Notes under the pieces: generated by a model
The model's database searches: none
Told to the model about the DNA's origin: nothing
Seen by the model: the letters and a program-made list of their open reading frames with translations, nothing else
Translations under genes and position numbers: made by a program
Source: Anolis carolinensis
Lineage: Eukaryota
NCBI RefSeq assembly: GCF_035594765.1
Contig: NW_026943821.1
Span: forward strand, 13,609,608 to 13,673,607
Length of the DNA stretch: 64,000 bases
Reading direction: 5' to 3'
In this document: in pieces, positions 13,163 to 26,545 of the stretch
Numbering within the stretch: the stretch's first letter is position 1
How the letters are laid out: each line of letters begins with the position of its first letter

Positions 13163-14497
13163 TTAGTTGGAAACACTTTTGTGTCCAAGATTCCTCTCAA
13201 ACTTGGATCTGGCATCACCTCTCACAAGCTGCATATTGCAGTAGATGGCACTGTTCTCATCCATGGTCTGGTGGACTCTCATGTTGAATGAAGACTTTTT
13301 CTCCTTTTCTTGCTTCTCTTCCTCCTCCTTCTGCTTCTTCTGAAGCCTATAAATAAATTTTATCAGAAGGGGCTTGTCAGAACAGATAGTGATTATAAGA
13401 AAGTGTTAGATGGTTCATAGGTGAACACAGTTGAGGTGAGGAAGGACTGACCTGGATAAGCAGAGGCCAAGCAAGAAAACGCTTGCTGTAATCAAAGAAC
13501 CACAGACGGCAGAAACAAGGATTGTCACATAGGCACCTGCAATGGGGAAAAATGAAATCACAGAGAATTGGGCCAAGAATTTCAATTCCTATCCTCAGGT
13601 GAGTCCCCACAAAGCTTCTCTTCTATAAAAGCACACACTGCGGCGATTGCTTTGGACAGCAGGATTTTATCACACGTGAACATCTTTGGAGTACATATCT
13701 TCAGGGTTTTGACTGTGCATGCTATTAAAATATTTGCCAATACATTCAACATCATTCTCTGATTTTAATATCACTGTGGACCTTTGTAAGTGGAAATAGT
13801 TGGAATTAGATTTAGCAATCTACAGGAGTTAAACAGCTTCAGCTTGTGCAGAATCAGAATTTGCAATATATTAAGTAATTGGAGGATGAGCTCTTTGAAC
13901 CAAATTTATCAAAATTCATGGAATGCTTACAGGAAGTCAATCTTAATAATTAGCTGATCCCTACTAGGAATGGGAGGCCGTGATGGCGCAGCGTGTTAAA
14001 CTTCTGAGCTGCTGAACATGCTGACCAGAAGGTTGGCAGTTTGAATCCTTGGGACAGGGTGAGCTCCTGCTGTTAGCCCCAGCTTCTGCCAACCTCGCAG
14101 TTCAAAAACATGCAAATGGGAGTAGATCACTAGGTACCACTTTGGCGGGAAGCTAACGGCACTCCATGCAGTCATGCCGGCCACATGACCTAGAGGTGTC
14201 TATGGACAATGCCAGCTCTTCAGCACAGAAATGGAGATGAGCACCATCTTGACTAGACTTAACGTCAAGAGGAAACCTTTACCTTTACTAGGAATGTATG
14301 AGACTTTTATTTTAATTTTCATTTTGTCAGGTTTCACTAACATTTGCAAATTTCAGTCTGATAGGTTTACCCATAGCTAGTAAACATTATCTAGACTGCC
14401 CCCAAAATTTCAAGCAAGCATAATTTTTAAAGTGCAGATTTGCCTGAGCCCTTTCTAGGATTCTAAACATAGAACTCAGACAAATCATATCAGTGTT

Positions 14498-14546
<49 letters not shown>

Positions 14547-15253
14547 CAACAACAACAACAACAACTTTATTTGTATTCTGCCCTCTCTCCCCGACTATAG
14601 TCTTGGCCTGAGGCTTGAGACAGTAAAGCCTCCCCCCCCCCCCCCCCCAACTTGCTGGCTCCAGTAAGTTTGGATTAATACAGATCAGATACGAAGCAGG
14701 ATGTATATGGGCAGACAGTAATTCAAATCCAGACATTTGCTGGATTTTGCACAGAACCCAGTGAGAGGCTGCTCTAGATAGCAACAAAGGTCTAGGAAGA
14801 ACTCTGAAGGAACTTTACCTTTTGTTGGGGAGCTGAGCCAGAAGTGCACAGCATAGGTTCCAAAAGGATTGGATCCAAGACAGATGAGGGGTTGTCCCCT
14901 TTCCAAGCTTCCACTATAATTCAAGGAGCTGACAATCTCATTTGTATGGACCCAAGACATGATCTGCAGGGCTCCTTTGGTGCTATTGCCACTGAGGGTC
15001 TCTCCTTCCATTTGCCATTGGATCTGGGCTGGTACCTGGGACTGAAAGGAGCAGATGCAGAACAGGACATTGTCTTCATGCATGCAATTGGCTGGGTGGG
15101 TGCTGCTAGGCTGGAGGGGATCTGGAATGGACCATAAAGAAAAGCAATAAAGAGCAAAGCAAAACAGCATTTGATACCACAATAACTACAATTTTTTTTC
15201 TTTTGGAACCCTGAAATAGCAGCAGCAGAAACAACAACAACAACAACAACAAC

Positions 15254-15295
<42 letters not shown>

Positions 15296-15720
15296 CAGGC
15301 TAAGCATCCTTTATCCTGGAATTTCAAAATCTGAAATTGTCCACCTGGATGGCTAAGCTAATGACACCCTTGCATTCTGATGGTTCAATGCACACATTAT
15401 TTGTGCACACAATTATTTAAAATTATTTAAAATTGCCATTGTTATACTGCATTTTATTGTCCATTTCAACTGTGAAATTACCTTTCCCCATTTTGGCACA
15501 TTCTGCACTTTGCCCAGGATTTATGATAGTCTCCAGTTTTTAACATTGTATGCTTCTTGCTGATTTTAATGACTGTTTTTACTGATGTTGATGTTTTTAT
15601 TGGGTTAATTGTGCTTTTGCTTTGTTATTGATATTTGTTTGTTGTATCGGGCAAGGCCCCATGTAAGCCGCCCCGAGTCCCTTCGGGGAGATGGGGCGGG
15701 GTATAAAAATAAAGTTGTTG

Positions 15721-15763
<43 letters not shown>

Positions 15764-17125
15764 ATATTGTATAACATTAGATCCAGAAATGCAGCACATC
15801 ATCTTTTCCTTTTGACATTATGCTTATGCGAAAAAACAGGAAGTGTGAGAACATATGTTTCCTGCTCTTTCACATCATCTCTATTACAGGTAGAGCAGCT
15901 CTCATTCCATAGTCAAGGAATCAATAAAGAAGATGCTTGCCTGTCATGAAAACTTGAAGTGTTTTGTGATAAAAACTGTATTTTAAGATATTTCCTTGTT
16001 CGACTCTAAAGTAGTATGATCCTTCATCCTCTAACTGGGCATCATTGATCCAAAAGGAGCAGTTGCCTTGCTCTAGATCCCCATCTAAATGGATCCGGTT
16101 CTTAGTGGATTCCTTAATGGTTTGTCCTTCCTTGTTGGTGGTCATGAGAAGATCTGGTTTGCTTTGGCTGGGGACTGAAGCGCATTGGAATGGCTCTTCC
16201 TTACTCTTAAACCAGTAACCATAGAATGTTGAAAAGTTATTTACATGTTGTTTGTTATAAGTGAACTGGCAAAGGATGTGAACATCGAGACCTCGCTGCA
16301 CAGAGACAAAGGCAGATGCTGTCAGTGTATAACCTGCATGCTGGCTTAGCACACCTGTCAGGAGAAAGAATGAACATGTTAATATCTTGGTGGACATGTT
16401 GATATATAAAATCCAGTTTGGCACATTAGTCCTTCACTAGTGCTATCAAGGTATTAAAAGGGCCATTGGACACAATGACAATGAGCACAGTAACCACAGA
16501 GTGTTAACAAATAGAATCATAAATTGCTTTCGGGATGCTTCTGAAACTCGTTTTGCAAATCTTGATTATCCTTATCCACATTGTATTTTTGACTCTTTGT
16601 AGTTCTCAATTATTTCAGTATTCACCTATATTCTATTTTAATCCTAACTACAGTAAAGCTATTGAATCCACTGATTTTACTTACCATATTTATTCTAATA
16701 TACTGTGTGTTTGAATGTAAGGCACATCTCAATTTTGAAGCTGTGCATAACAATTCCAAAAAAGGATTTGCTGTTGAATGTAATGTAATGTGAGGTGGTG
16801 GTAGCCACAAATAGGCTGGTGGAAAGCCATGCCCCTCTGTCTGGTCTTCCCACCAATCTTTTCATAGTCACCGCTTCTCCTCTGTCATAAGTTGGGATCT
16901 CTTGACCAATAGGAAAGATGGCTTTAGGTGCACAATTCCAATGCTCTGATGTTACTTGGCCATATACCTTCCAGTTTTCATTTGTGAAATATTAAAGGTA
17001 TCCTACATTTCATCCAGATGTCTTCCATGAGATTAAACTCACATTTTGGGGTACCCTTGTGGTGCATCGCACATACCTTTGGACAAAAAGATCCACACTG
17101 CTATAAAACAGATCTGATTTTTCAT
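13163..17125 (-). CDS. Siglec-like receptor A (signal, V-set, membrane-proximal Ig, uncharged TM, tyrosine-motif tail)
   Basis: Exons: 17077-17125 signal MKNQICFIAVWIFLSKG; 15941-16354 V-set (VSVQRGLDVHILCQFTY..YGYWF..TN..GNCSF.I.DA..EDEGSYYFRVE) with GC donor; 14819-15121 Ig (NC...LFCIC...IQW...GNST...SSL...LIC); 13452-13536 TM GAYVTILVSAVCGSLITASVFLLGLCLSR; 13163(or 13226)-13346 tail ..ENSAIYCNMQL. All phases join in frame. The 3' end is uncertain (possible extra exon 12560-12778). Confidence 0.75.
13973..14285 (+). mobile_element. Sauria-type SINE in a Siglec A intron
   Basis: Full-length; TSD tactaggaatg at 13962-13972 and 14286-14296. Confidence 0.9.
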
Positions 17126-20100
17126 TTTCCAGGAAGATTCCACTAAGATCAAAGTCATCTTTCCCCCAGAAATCCAGCTGGAATTGGACTTTTCATCTTC
17201 TGCGGAATGAATTCTGTTGCAAATAGAAAGCATCACAAACCACAAAGAGTATAATTTTATCAACCCTGCTTGTAAATGAGTAAAACAACAAAGGAGGTTG
17301 TTACTGTTGTTTCATTAGGTGATAGGCGTTCCTAACAATTTTATGAAATTGAGATGATCATTTATAGCTATTTGTAGGAGTTCCATGACGTGGAATAAAT
17401 CTCCTTTTCCCAAAACAGAATGAAATTTCATCCAATTCCTGAACAAAAAGTGCCATTATGTTTTCATGTCACTAAGATAGTCAGTAGTTGTGTGCAGTCT
17501 TCAATATCCACAAAAGTCTAATGCACATAAATGTTTGTGATTATTACATGAATAAATCAATTTAGCTTTTAGTGATGAAAACATAGAAAACAATTATTTC
17601 TGCAATACTTTGTAGTAAAAAATGTTAGTGTTAGAGAGATTTTCTGAATTAGCAAGATCAGCATTTAATGGTATCCTTTCCGATCCATTGCCATTATACT
17701 GTTATTGCCCCTATTCTTTTTCTTCCTATCTGTGATGTGAAGGAGAAGGAAGAGGACAGTGTTGCACTAGAGCTCTGAAACACCTTTTCACCACAAACCA
17801 CACTCTGTCCAGGTAATCCAGTAAGTAAAAGTTGATTAAGAGAAGAGTATATAAAATAAGAAAATCTAAAAAGGAGAATCAAAGTTCAAAAAGTTGTTTC
17901 CAAGATAGCCAAGATTCCATAATCCTTTGTACCAGCAGAAAACCACTTAAAAGGCCTCAAATCCTCCCATGACATCATTCCTCACACACCTGCTTTTCCT
18001 CTCCTTATCTCTAAGCCACTGGGAAAATCGAGTCTGTCTCTGTTGTACACTCTGCCTCTGAAGTGCCAAGCACCTTATCTGGACAGACATTAATCTCCCA
18101 CATTTCTTTCAGCCTGCACTTCTCGCAGACTCTCATGAGAACTGATATAGCTTTCTCTAGTCTCCAAAAGATTCGAAAACAACACTCTCCAGGCCATTTA
18201 ATCCCATTCAATTTGGATTTTATACAGCTGTGTGGAACGGGCCTAAGGCTCCCTGTCTAGCCGTTCTTACCCAAGAACGGAAACATTCAGTGTTTCCAGA
18301 TCCTGCTAGCAACTTCTAGATCTGATCAGACCTAAAATATAGATACAGAAACAGCGAAAAAAGCAAAACAAGAGTGGCATAAGGCAATGTCTGTCAAGTG
18401 TATGCATATCTGTAACAATGTTGAGTTCCAAACAGGTCAATAAAGCTTGCATTAATCCTGTCCAGTGATTTAAAAGTATCACTTCATTTTGGGGTCAGCC
18501 CAAAAAACTGTATAGATAGAAATATCCTATTTTCAGCTTGCAGAGAAAAAGATCTGTCCAAGTTTCAGAAAACATAGGTTGCCAAGGAAGCAATGGAGGA
18601 TGTGGTCAGTTAGTCTGAAATAACTTCAATCACACTGATAACAAGCCATAATCTTTAGGATCACTGAACCATGTGACAAAGTGATTTTTTCAGCACACAA
18701 GCTACCAATGTTTCCTTTGGGTTGTAAGGGGGGAGAAATGCTCAAAAATGAATATACAGGCAGTCTCCGAGCTAGACATACCAGATTTACAAATTATTTA
18801 CAGTTAAGAATGGGGGGTGAGACAACAGGAAGTCAGAGAAATCTATCCCTAGAAAGGAAAATTCACTCCTGAAAGAGTTACCATGGGGAAAAGGTGTCTC
18901 CACTGAAGCTTTATCTGCAGTACATGTTTCCATAACAAGTAATTTTTAAATGCAACCATCCAGACTGAAAAAAATGACAGACCTTATTTTGTTCCTAGCT
19001 GCCTACACTTTGAAACATGTTTCATCTTGTAACCTCTCTATACAGATCGAATATGTCCTGGTCATGGGTTGAGACCTGACCAAAGCTGTTGATTGTCATT
19101 GTTCTTGAAAGACACTCATACAAATACCAAAAATCAAAACTGATTTCAAGGGAAATAACACATAACAACATCTCCTTTGTGATCTACCTTTTTAGGCATC
19201 CCTGCAATACAGTTATTTCCAAACTTTGGGTCTTCAGGTGTTTTCGAACTTCAGCTCCCAGAATTACTGCTGGTTGGCCAAACTGCCTGAGACTTTTGGA
19301 AGCTGAAGTCTAAAACAACTTTAAGAACAGAAAATCCTTTAGTAGGTCAATCTATAGAGTACAACCACTTTTTAAGGATCTACATTTTGGATACTAAAAC
19401 TTGGATATTTCAAAAGCAGCAGAAGAAATAGGGACTCTCCCTGGAAAAAAAACAAGGGTAGAGAGTTAATATTTTTGAAAGCATTGTATTTGTGTAAATA
19501 AAGCAAATGGAGCATCTACCTCAGTCAACAGATATGGGGCTTCACAAAAGGCAAATAAGTGGTTTTTCTTTAAAACAATGTAAAAAAAATTTGAGAGGGC
19601 TTGTGGGACTTTCTACCTTATACAACATTGCCATGGCTTTGGGTATTACACAGCTTGACATGGATAAGTGGAACCTCAGAGCCAGCAAAATTGTTGGGTT
19701 ACAATATTTCTCATTGTAAATCTTCATCAAGGTTCATGTCACATAACGATGACGACGACGACGACAACAACAACAACAACAACAACAACAAAAACAACAT
19801 ATTTGCTATCTGTTTCTTTTCATGGCTCAAGGCAGGGTAGAACACAGCCAAAATATGTATACCAAATTGTAAAGTACAAAGGTTTAAACATGATACCAGT
19901 AGAATATAAATTCAAAATTCACAAGGGACACAAGCTTTACAAGTTCTCAGAAAGTACATATTATGCAACCATTCTCTGAACGACTGTTTTTAGGAAATGA
20001 GTTTAAGAAACTTATGTTCTTAGATATTAGATAAGCAGTTCAGAAGAATAATTGCTGTGAGACAGACACTATTTGTTCATTTCTTGCTAAAATACCCTGT

Positions 20101-21386
20101 GCTCTCGGGTCTTAGTCACTTCAGCCCTGGAAGTTCTGATGGCAACCATTTAAAGACCAGCAGATCCAAATTGTCAAGTAAGTTGATCTATTATGGGATA
20201 ACAGAAGAAGGGATTTGCCAGGAAAGCCATTTATTTCTTTTAGTTACTAGTCCTTGCTCTAGAATGTAAGAATTTCAGATAGGAAAAGATGGGATTTTGG
20301 CATCAGAATTATAATATGGAATATGACATATTACACATAATAACGTTAAAGATGATGAGACTATAGATACATAGAATAGTTAACAAAAACAGAGAAACAG
20401 CAGTTGATGTTTATCCTTCTAATGTATTTGTGGACATCCAAACTGATTGTAAAACATAAACGTTACTTGTTGAAAGAGTTAACCCCTTGCCCAAATTAAA
20501 TATATAGAGAAAATATACAAGTACACTTTTCAACAACAAAAAATCAGTTTACAAAAAATAATTTGCAGGGGATTGGAAGGATAATCCCCTATGGCTTAAT
20601 AATTCACATACTCAATCAGTTTCATAACTGTAATTGTAATACGATATAATACTAATAATACAATATAATACTTATATATTATATTTTACATGTAATATTA
20701 CTAATAATATTACAATATATTGATACAGTACAATATAGTAGTTTATTACCAGTATTGTATTATGCTAATATAATATTGTATGTAAATTTAATTTGTAAGC
20801 CGCTCTGAGTCCCCTTCAGGGCGAGAAGGGTGGCATATAAATGTAGCTAATAAATAAATAAATAAATAAATAAATATGAATTTTAAACTGCCATTTTATT
20901 GGTACAGATTATGGAATTTGTTTACAAAAGGTACCAAATATATCTGAACAAATTTTATAGGAATTGGGGGGGTGGGGGAAAACATTCTGAGGATATGCGT
21001 TTCTTGGTTACAAAATGTGATTTTCCAAGCCAAAGTGATTTAATATATTTTGGTAGTTTTGATCTGTACTACTCATAGATCATTTTTTTTTAAATTGATA
21101 CCTTTTGGGAAAAAATTCACAGTTGTTTAAATACTTTTTAAATCTTACTTCTAAGTCTATCTATCATCTATCTACACATACATACACTTTATGTATTTCA
21201 ACTATGTCATACCCCTCCTCGAGCCTTGAGGAGAGGTGGATGAAAAGTAAAACATAACTGCCAACTCAAAATATTCATCTAATAAAATTACATCTTGATC
21301 ATGAAAGTGTGTGTCACATTTAGAGAAACCATGGTGCTTTAGATGCAGTTGGACTACAATACCCATCAGTCCATATCAACCTTGAT

Positions 21387-21656
21387 TTATCTATTTTTCG
21401 TGTCAGGAGCAACCTGAGTTGCTTCTGGTGTGAGAGAATTGGCTGTCTGCAAAGACGTTGCCCAGGGGATGCCCAGATGTTTTGATGTTTTTACCATCCT
21501 TGTGGGAGGCTTCTCTCATGTCCCCGCATGGAGCTGGAGCTGATAGAGGGAGCTCATCCGCACTCTCCCCGGGTGGGATTCGAACCTGGCAGCCTTCAGG
21601 TCAGCAACCCAACCTTCAAGTCACAAGGCTTTAATCCACTAGGCTACGGGGGCTCC
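21387..21656 (-). mobile_element. tRNA-derived SINE (POMO-like), full length
   Basis: 13-bp TSD tatcaaccttgat (21374-21386, 21657-21669). Confidence 0.85.
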
Positions 21657-21939
21657 TATCAACCTTGATGAGCATGACACAGAATAAGAAGGATGATATT
21701 TTATAACTTCCATAATTTTGCTTACTTGTTTTCAAAGATTTTATATGGCATGGTCTACTTCTGTTCCAGGAATGCTTTGCTTCCCAGCAGATTCCAGTAG
21801 AGTCAAATGTTATTTCCCCTTGGTCATAACTACTCAACAATTGTCAATTTATTTGTTCTGTACCTGCTTCTTGTCTCCTCTTACTTCCACATCCTTCTTT
21901 TCACCAGATCTCCATCCTCTTCCAGGACCTTGCGGACAA

Positions 21940-23019
21940 ATGGACAAGACAAAACCCATGAAATATATTTCAGTCAAGGAAATGAACACCAGCAACAACT
22001 CAGAAGATGAAGTTTCCATTAACATAGCCCTTGGCTCCTTTATCTTAGTGTCTTTTCTGGTGGGGATGGCTATAAATGGGACCATTCTCTGGTTGCTGTG
22101 GATGAAGATGACGAGAACCGTGAACACACTCTGGTTCCTCCATCTGACTCTCTCCTATTTGATTTCCTGTTGTACTCTCCCATTCTTTGGCATCTCCAAT
22201 GTCCTCAATCTCCGCTGGATCTTTAAGGATGCCATGTGCAAGCTTTCTGTCTTCTTCATTACTCTGGGGATGGTCTCCACAGTCTTCCTACTTGCCACCA
22301 TCAGCCTGGACCGCTACCTCCTTATCTGCCATCCTGTCTGGTCCCAACACAATCGAACAATACCTCGGGCATGGAGACTGATCATAGGGGCCTGGCTTCT
22401 TTCTGTGTGCATAAGTGCTCCTTACTTGGCTTTCTCTAAGACTCGAGAGGTGGAAAACTATGGAAGCATATGCACAGTTAATTATACGGTCTATGAAAAG
22501 TGGGATGGAGATAAAATAGAACTGGCTTTCATTGTGGTTCGGTTCTTACTGAACTTCTTGCTTCCCTTCTTCACCATCATGTTCTGCTATTGTTCAATGG
22601 GTTGGAAAATGAAGAAGAAAAGGTTGGTGAGGACAGGGAAGCCCTTCAAGGTGCTCGGGGTTGCTGTGGCATCCTTCTTCATCTTCAGGCTTCCCTTTTA
22701 CCTCTATATGTGTTTCCTTCTGATCCACAAGGAGACATCACTACGAGAGACTCAAGAACATCTGCGGATAATCTTTCACATTGGAGTCTGCCTGAATATT
22801 TGTTTTACTCCTTTTATCTACCTCTTTGTTGGAGAGAAATTCCAACAGGTCTTCAAGACATCCATTGTAGTTCTGCTTAAGAAAAGTTTCACAGAAAGCC
22901 CCAGCATGCTTTTGGAAACTGCAAGTCTTAGAACAGAAGACATGCGGACTAGCAACAACAGCAGCAGCAACAACTTGGAAATGGTGACTATTCATGGGAA
23001 AGATCGCCCACTTTTGTGA
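21940..23019 (+). CDS. GPR33: GPR33-like chemoattractant GPCR copy 1, 359 aa
   Basis: GPR33 signatures: TVNTLWFLHL.LSY (no D2.50), ISLDRY..HPVWSQHNRT, RFLL.FLLPF, KPFKV...V.SFF, F(T/S)P..YLFVGE.F..VFK.SI. Acceptor cctcttccag ends at 21925, before ATG 21940. Confidence 0.85.
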   Translation: MDKTKPMKYISVKEMNTSNNSEDEVSINIALGSFILVSFLVGMAINGTILWLLWMKMTRTVNTLWFLHLTLSYLISCCTLPFFGISNVLNLRWIFKDAMCKLSVFFITLGMVSTVFLLATISLDRYLLICHPVWSQHNRTIPRAWRLIIGAWLLSVCISAPYLAFSKTREVENYGSICTVNYTVYEKWDGDKIELAFIVVRFLLNFLLPFFTIMFCYCSMGWKMKKKRLVRTGKPFKVLGVAVASFFIFRLPFYLYMCFLLIHKETSLRETQEHLRIIFHIGVCLNICFTPFIYLFVGEKFQQVFKTSIVVLLKKSFTESPSMLLETASLRTEDMRTSNNSSSNNLEMVTIHGKDRPLL

Positions 23020-23809
23020 AGAAGTTATATTGCTTTATGTGTGTGTGCCTTCAAGTCGCCAGTTGACTTATGTCAATGAGAGTTGAGTGTGGATCCCATT
23101 TCCGTCAGTACTTCTGTTTCCTTCAGTACCTTTGGCAGCACGTAACGGGAAAGGCCCTCCCAGTATGAAAACCCGCCCAACACAAAAGCAAGTGGGAGCC
23201 GATCTCGACTCCTTTGTTTTTTGGCATCACAGTTTAATCTTTTTTATTAATAATTTGGTTCATTTTTAATTCATTTTTTTCCACTTTCATGTGGGTCCTG
23301 TGCCCCAAAAATCTGCAAAAGTGAAGGATCTGCCATATCACATATCATTTTCTGGCCACTCCAAATCAATGTCCCAGTTTCTCTCTCTTCCTCCCCCTTT
23401 TTCCTGTCATCCTCAGCTTACTTCAGTTGCTACAAACAACCGGTAAGTTCAAAAGACAAAAAAAGCTTGCACTTAGCATCAGGGAAAAGGAGAACAGAGG
23501 GTGGGATCTTGTACTTCCCTATAAACTCAGACAAAAGTAAACTGCTGAAGTTTCTCCAAACATGTGAGTTCTTTGTCATTATCAACATTGGCCATCTTGA
23601 CAACACTCAGTTGTTGCTTGGCCTTATACATCCCAATTTTCTTTTTTCTCCATTTTAAATTCATTTTAAAGATAAAAAAACACAAATAGAGAAAACAATA
23701 TACCTATACACTTATACATACGGTATATACATACACAAAAACATACTTAAACAACACCTGCATTGCTAACTTATCCTACACATGTACATCCCTACTCTAA
23801 TTGCATATA

Positions 23810-24132
23810 CAGTAGAGTCTCACTTATCCAACACTCACTTATCCAACGTTCTGGATTATCCAATGCATTTTTGTAGTCAATGTTTTCAATATATCATGAT
23901 GTTTTGGTGCTAAATTCGTAAATACAGTAATTACTACAAAGCATTACTGTGTATTGAACTACTTTTTCTGTCAAATTTGTTGTATAACATGATGTTTTGG
24001 TGCTTAATTTGTAAAATCATAACCTAATTTGACGTTTAATAGGCTTTTCATTAATCTCTCCTTATTATCCAACATATTCGCTTATCCAACATTCTGCCGG
24101 CCCGTTTACGTTGGATAAGTGAGACTCTACAG
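23810..24132. mobile_element. Tc1/mariner-type MITE
   Basis: TIR cagtagagtctcacttatccaa with TA flanks; same family at 37216-37538 and 47333-47655. Confidence 0.9.
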
Positions 24133-24812
24133 TAATTCTGAAATAGAAACATAGTAAATCAGTTTACAAGAGGATTTTCTGCTTCTCTATTTTCAGTTTC
24201 TCTATAATTTAACATTTTGTTTCCCTCCTTATATCGAACACAAAGGGCTAGAAAATAGACCTTCACTCTGCTGGCTCTTCTGCCTATTTTCCCCACCATT
24301 TCCTTACCTAAAGAAACAGATGCAAACCATGCAGCCGAGAAATGGAGAACTGTTTTGATTCTAATGGTAACAGCTGTAGTTAGTTACACTCAGCCACAAA
24401 AGTCCTGTTTTCTCACCAGCGGGGGTCACATCTGTGGAGTGAGAGGATTAGCTGAGCAATTTAGGAACCTTTTAACTGACACATTCGGACCACATTTGTG
24501 ACTTCTGGGTGTAGGTTGAGAAATAGTTCTATGCTGTGCTTGTCACCTTTTGCTGGAGTGCTGCCAATTATAATGTTCACATTTTGGAACACCCTTCCTA
24601 CTGCAAGCAAATATGAAAGATTTTTCTGTTTGAAGCTGCCTTCAGTTAAAATGGCAATTGCCCCATATTGTCAAAGAAACTTTGTAAGATATTCTGTTTT
24701 CCTGGCACCGTGGTCGCTATTTCATGACTGTGTTTTGATAGGTATACTGTTTTGCTGGTGTGTCCAGATTACATGGCTAATGGTGAGGAATGGGAGTTGA
24801 AATACCTTAGAG

Positions 24813-24939
24813 CAGAGTTTCTCACACTGGGCTCCTCCAGATGTTTTGGGCTTCAGCTCCCACAATTCCTAACTGCTGGTAAGATAGCTGGGAGTTCTGG
24901 GAGCTGAAGTCCAAAACACCTAGAGTTTGAGAAACTCTG
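24813..24939. mobile_element. hAT-type MITE
   Basis: 8-bp TSD ccttagag (24805-24812, 24940-24947). Confidence 0.85.
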
Positions 24940-25027
24940 CCTTAGAGAATGTGGAGATGGGGAATGAAGACTAGATATGTGTGCGCGTGTGTGTGTTTAG
25001 GTTGGGGAGGATGATTTTGATCCCACC

Positions 25028-25765
25028 ATAGAATCATAAAATCATAGAATCATAGAATAGTAGAGTTGGAAGAGACCTCATGGGCCATCCAGTCCAACCC
25101 CCTGCCAAGAAGCAGGAAATCGCATTCAAAGCACCCCAACAGATGGCCATCCAGCCTCTGCTTAAAAGCCTCCAAAGAAGGAGCCTCCACCACAGTCTGG
25201 GGGAGAGAGTTCCATCATCTGAAGCATGTCTAGTGTAGATCCAAGAATGTGCTTTCTTGGCGGTCTATTCTAGGTAAGGCTCTCCTTTTTAGACTTCATC
25301 AGAAAAAGATGACAAACTAGCCAAAGGCTTTCAGTTCTTTGGATCTCATCCCATTAGGAGCATATAGTGGAGGGAATTGTCTTCTTACAGTATTGTTTTG
25401 CGCCTTTCCATTTTTTTTTTTTAGAAAAATAGATAATTCATTTGCTGCCAGCACACATGATGTACTCTGCTTCTACAGAAATCCTCTACTTTCTGAACCA
25501 TCACACACGTAAATGGAACAATGGCTTCAAACTACAGGGAAGAAGATTCTACCTGAACATTAGGAAGGACTTCCTAACTTTGAGAGCTGTTCAGCAGTGG
25601 AACTCTCTGCCCCAGAGTGTGGTGGAAGTTCCTTCTTTGAATGCTTTTAAAGAGAGTCTGGATGGCCATCTGTCAGAGGTGCTTTAAATGCAATTTTCCT
25701 GCTTCTTGGCAGGGGGTTGGACTGGATGGCCCACAAGATCTCTTCCAGCTCTATGATTCTATGTT
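25028..25765. mobile_element. Two CR1 LINE 3' ends in opposite orientation (25028-25212 -, 25511-25765 +)
   Basis: NGFKLQ.RRF.LNIRK.FLT.RAV..WNSLP RT tail; (ATTCTATG)n terminal repeat. Confidence 0.85.
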
Positions 25766-26545
25766 TCTAATATCACCTTTATAATTAACAAAAAAGGGAA
25801 ACCTCAGAGTTGCAGAATTCTGAAAACTAGGTCTAAAAAGAAGGGGAAACTATAGGAACAGCAAACTAGTAATATATTGAAACTGTGCAATTCCTGAAAA
25901 AGAAATTATTTTACTAGAAATGCAAATATGTATCTGCAATATTATGTAATCAGGTTTGTCATGAATACATACAGTGCCAGACCTTGAGAAACATCATCAT
26001 CAACAAGATGTCCTGAAAACATTCTGTTCTGGCCATATAAACCTTAGACAAAGCATTATGCATTAGATACTGCTCATGTGTGCTTTTGCCTTTGTATGTG
26101 AAACTCTGAGGTTCTATAAAATACTGATGCTTGGCCAGTACTGTGAATAGGTTGGACTGAAATCACTCTTCCAAGCTTTTTTGCCCACATAAATCTCTGA
26201 GCTTCTAATTTCCTCTGGCAGTTTGGGAGAACTGTTTTTTCCTCTTTCTTTCTCAAATGAAGACACGATGGGTCTTCTAGACTCACCCTCTTTTTATCAA
26301 ACAGAAATGTAAAATTACATCTTTATCAATCCTTGGCCAAAGTTATTATCTGTTGTCTGTTTGCCTTTCTGCTCAGGTTCAGGGCACATACTACCTTGTA
26401 TTCCACCTGGAAGGACACTGTAGGGTTTATATTTCAGTCCTACACAACAGCATCAGATATGAGAAAGAAACAGAACAGTGCCCTCTCATGTTTATCAATG
26501 GCACTTAATTCCTTTTGGTAGTATTAAGCACAACACTCCTACCAT

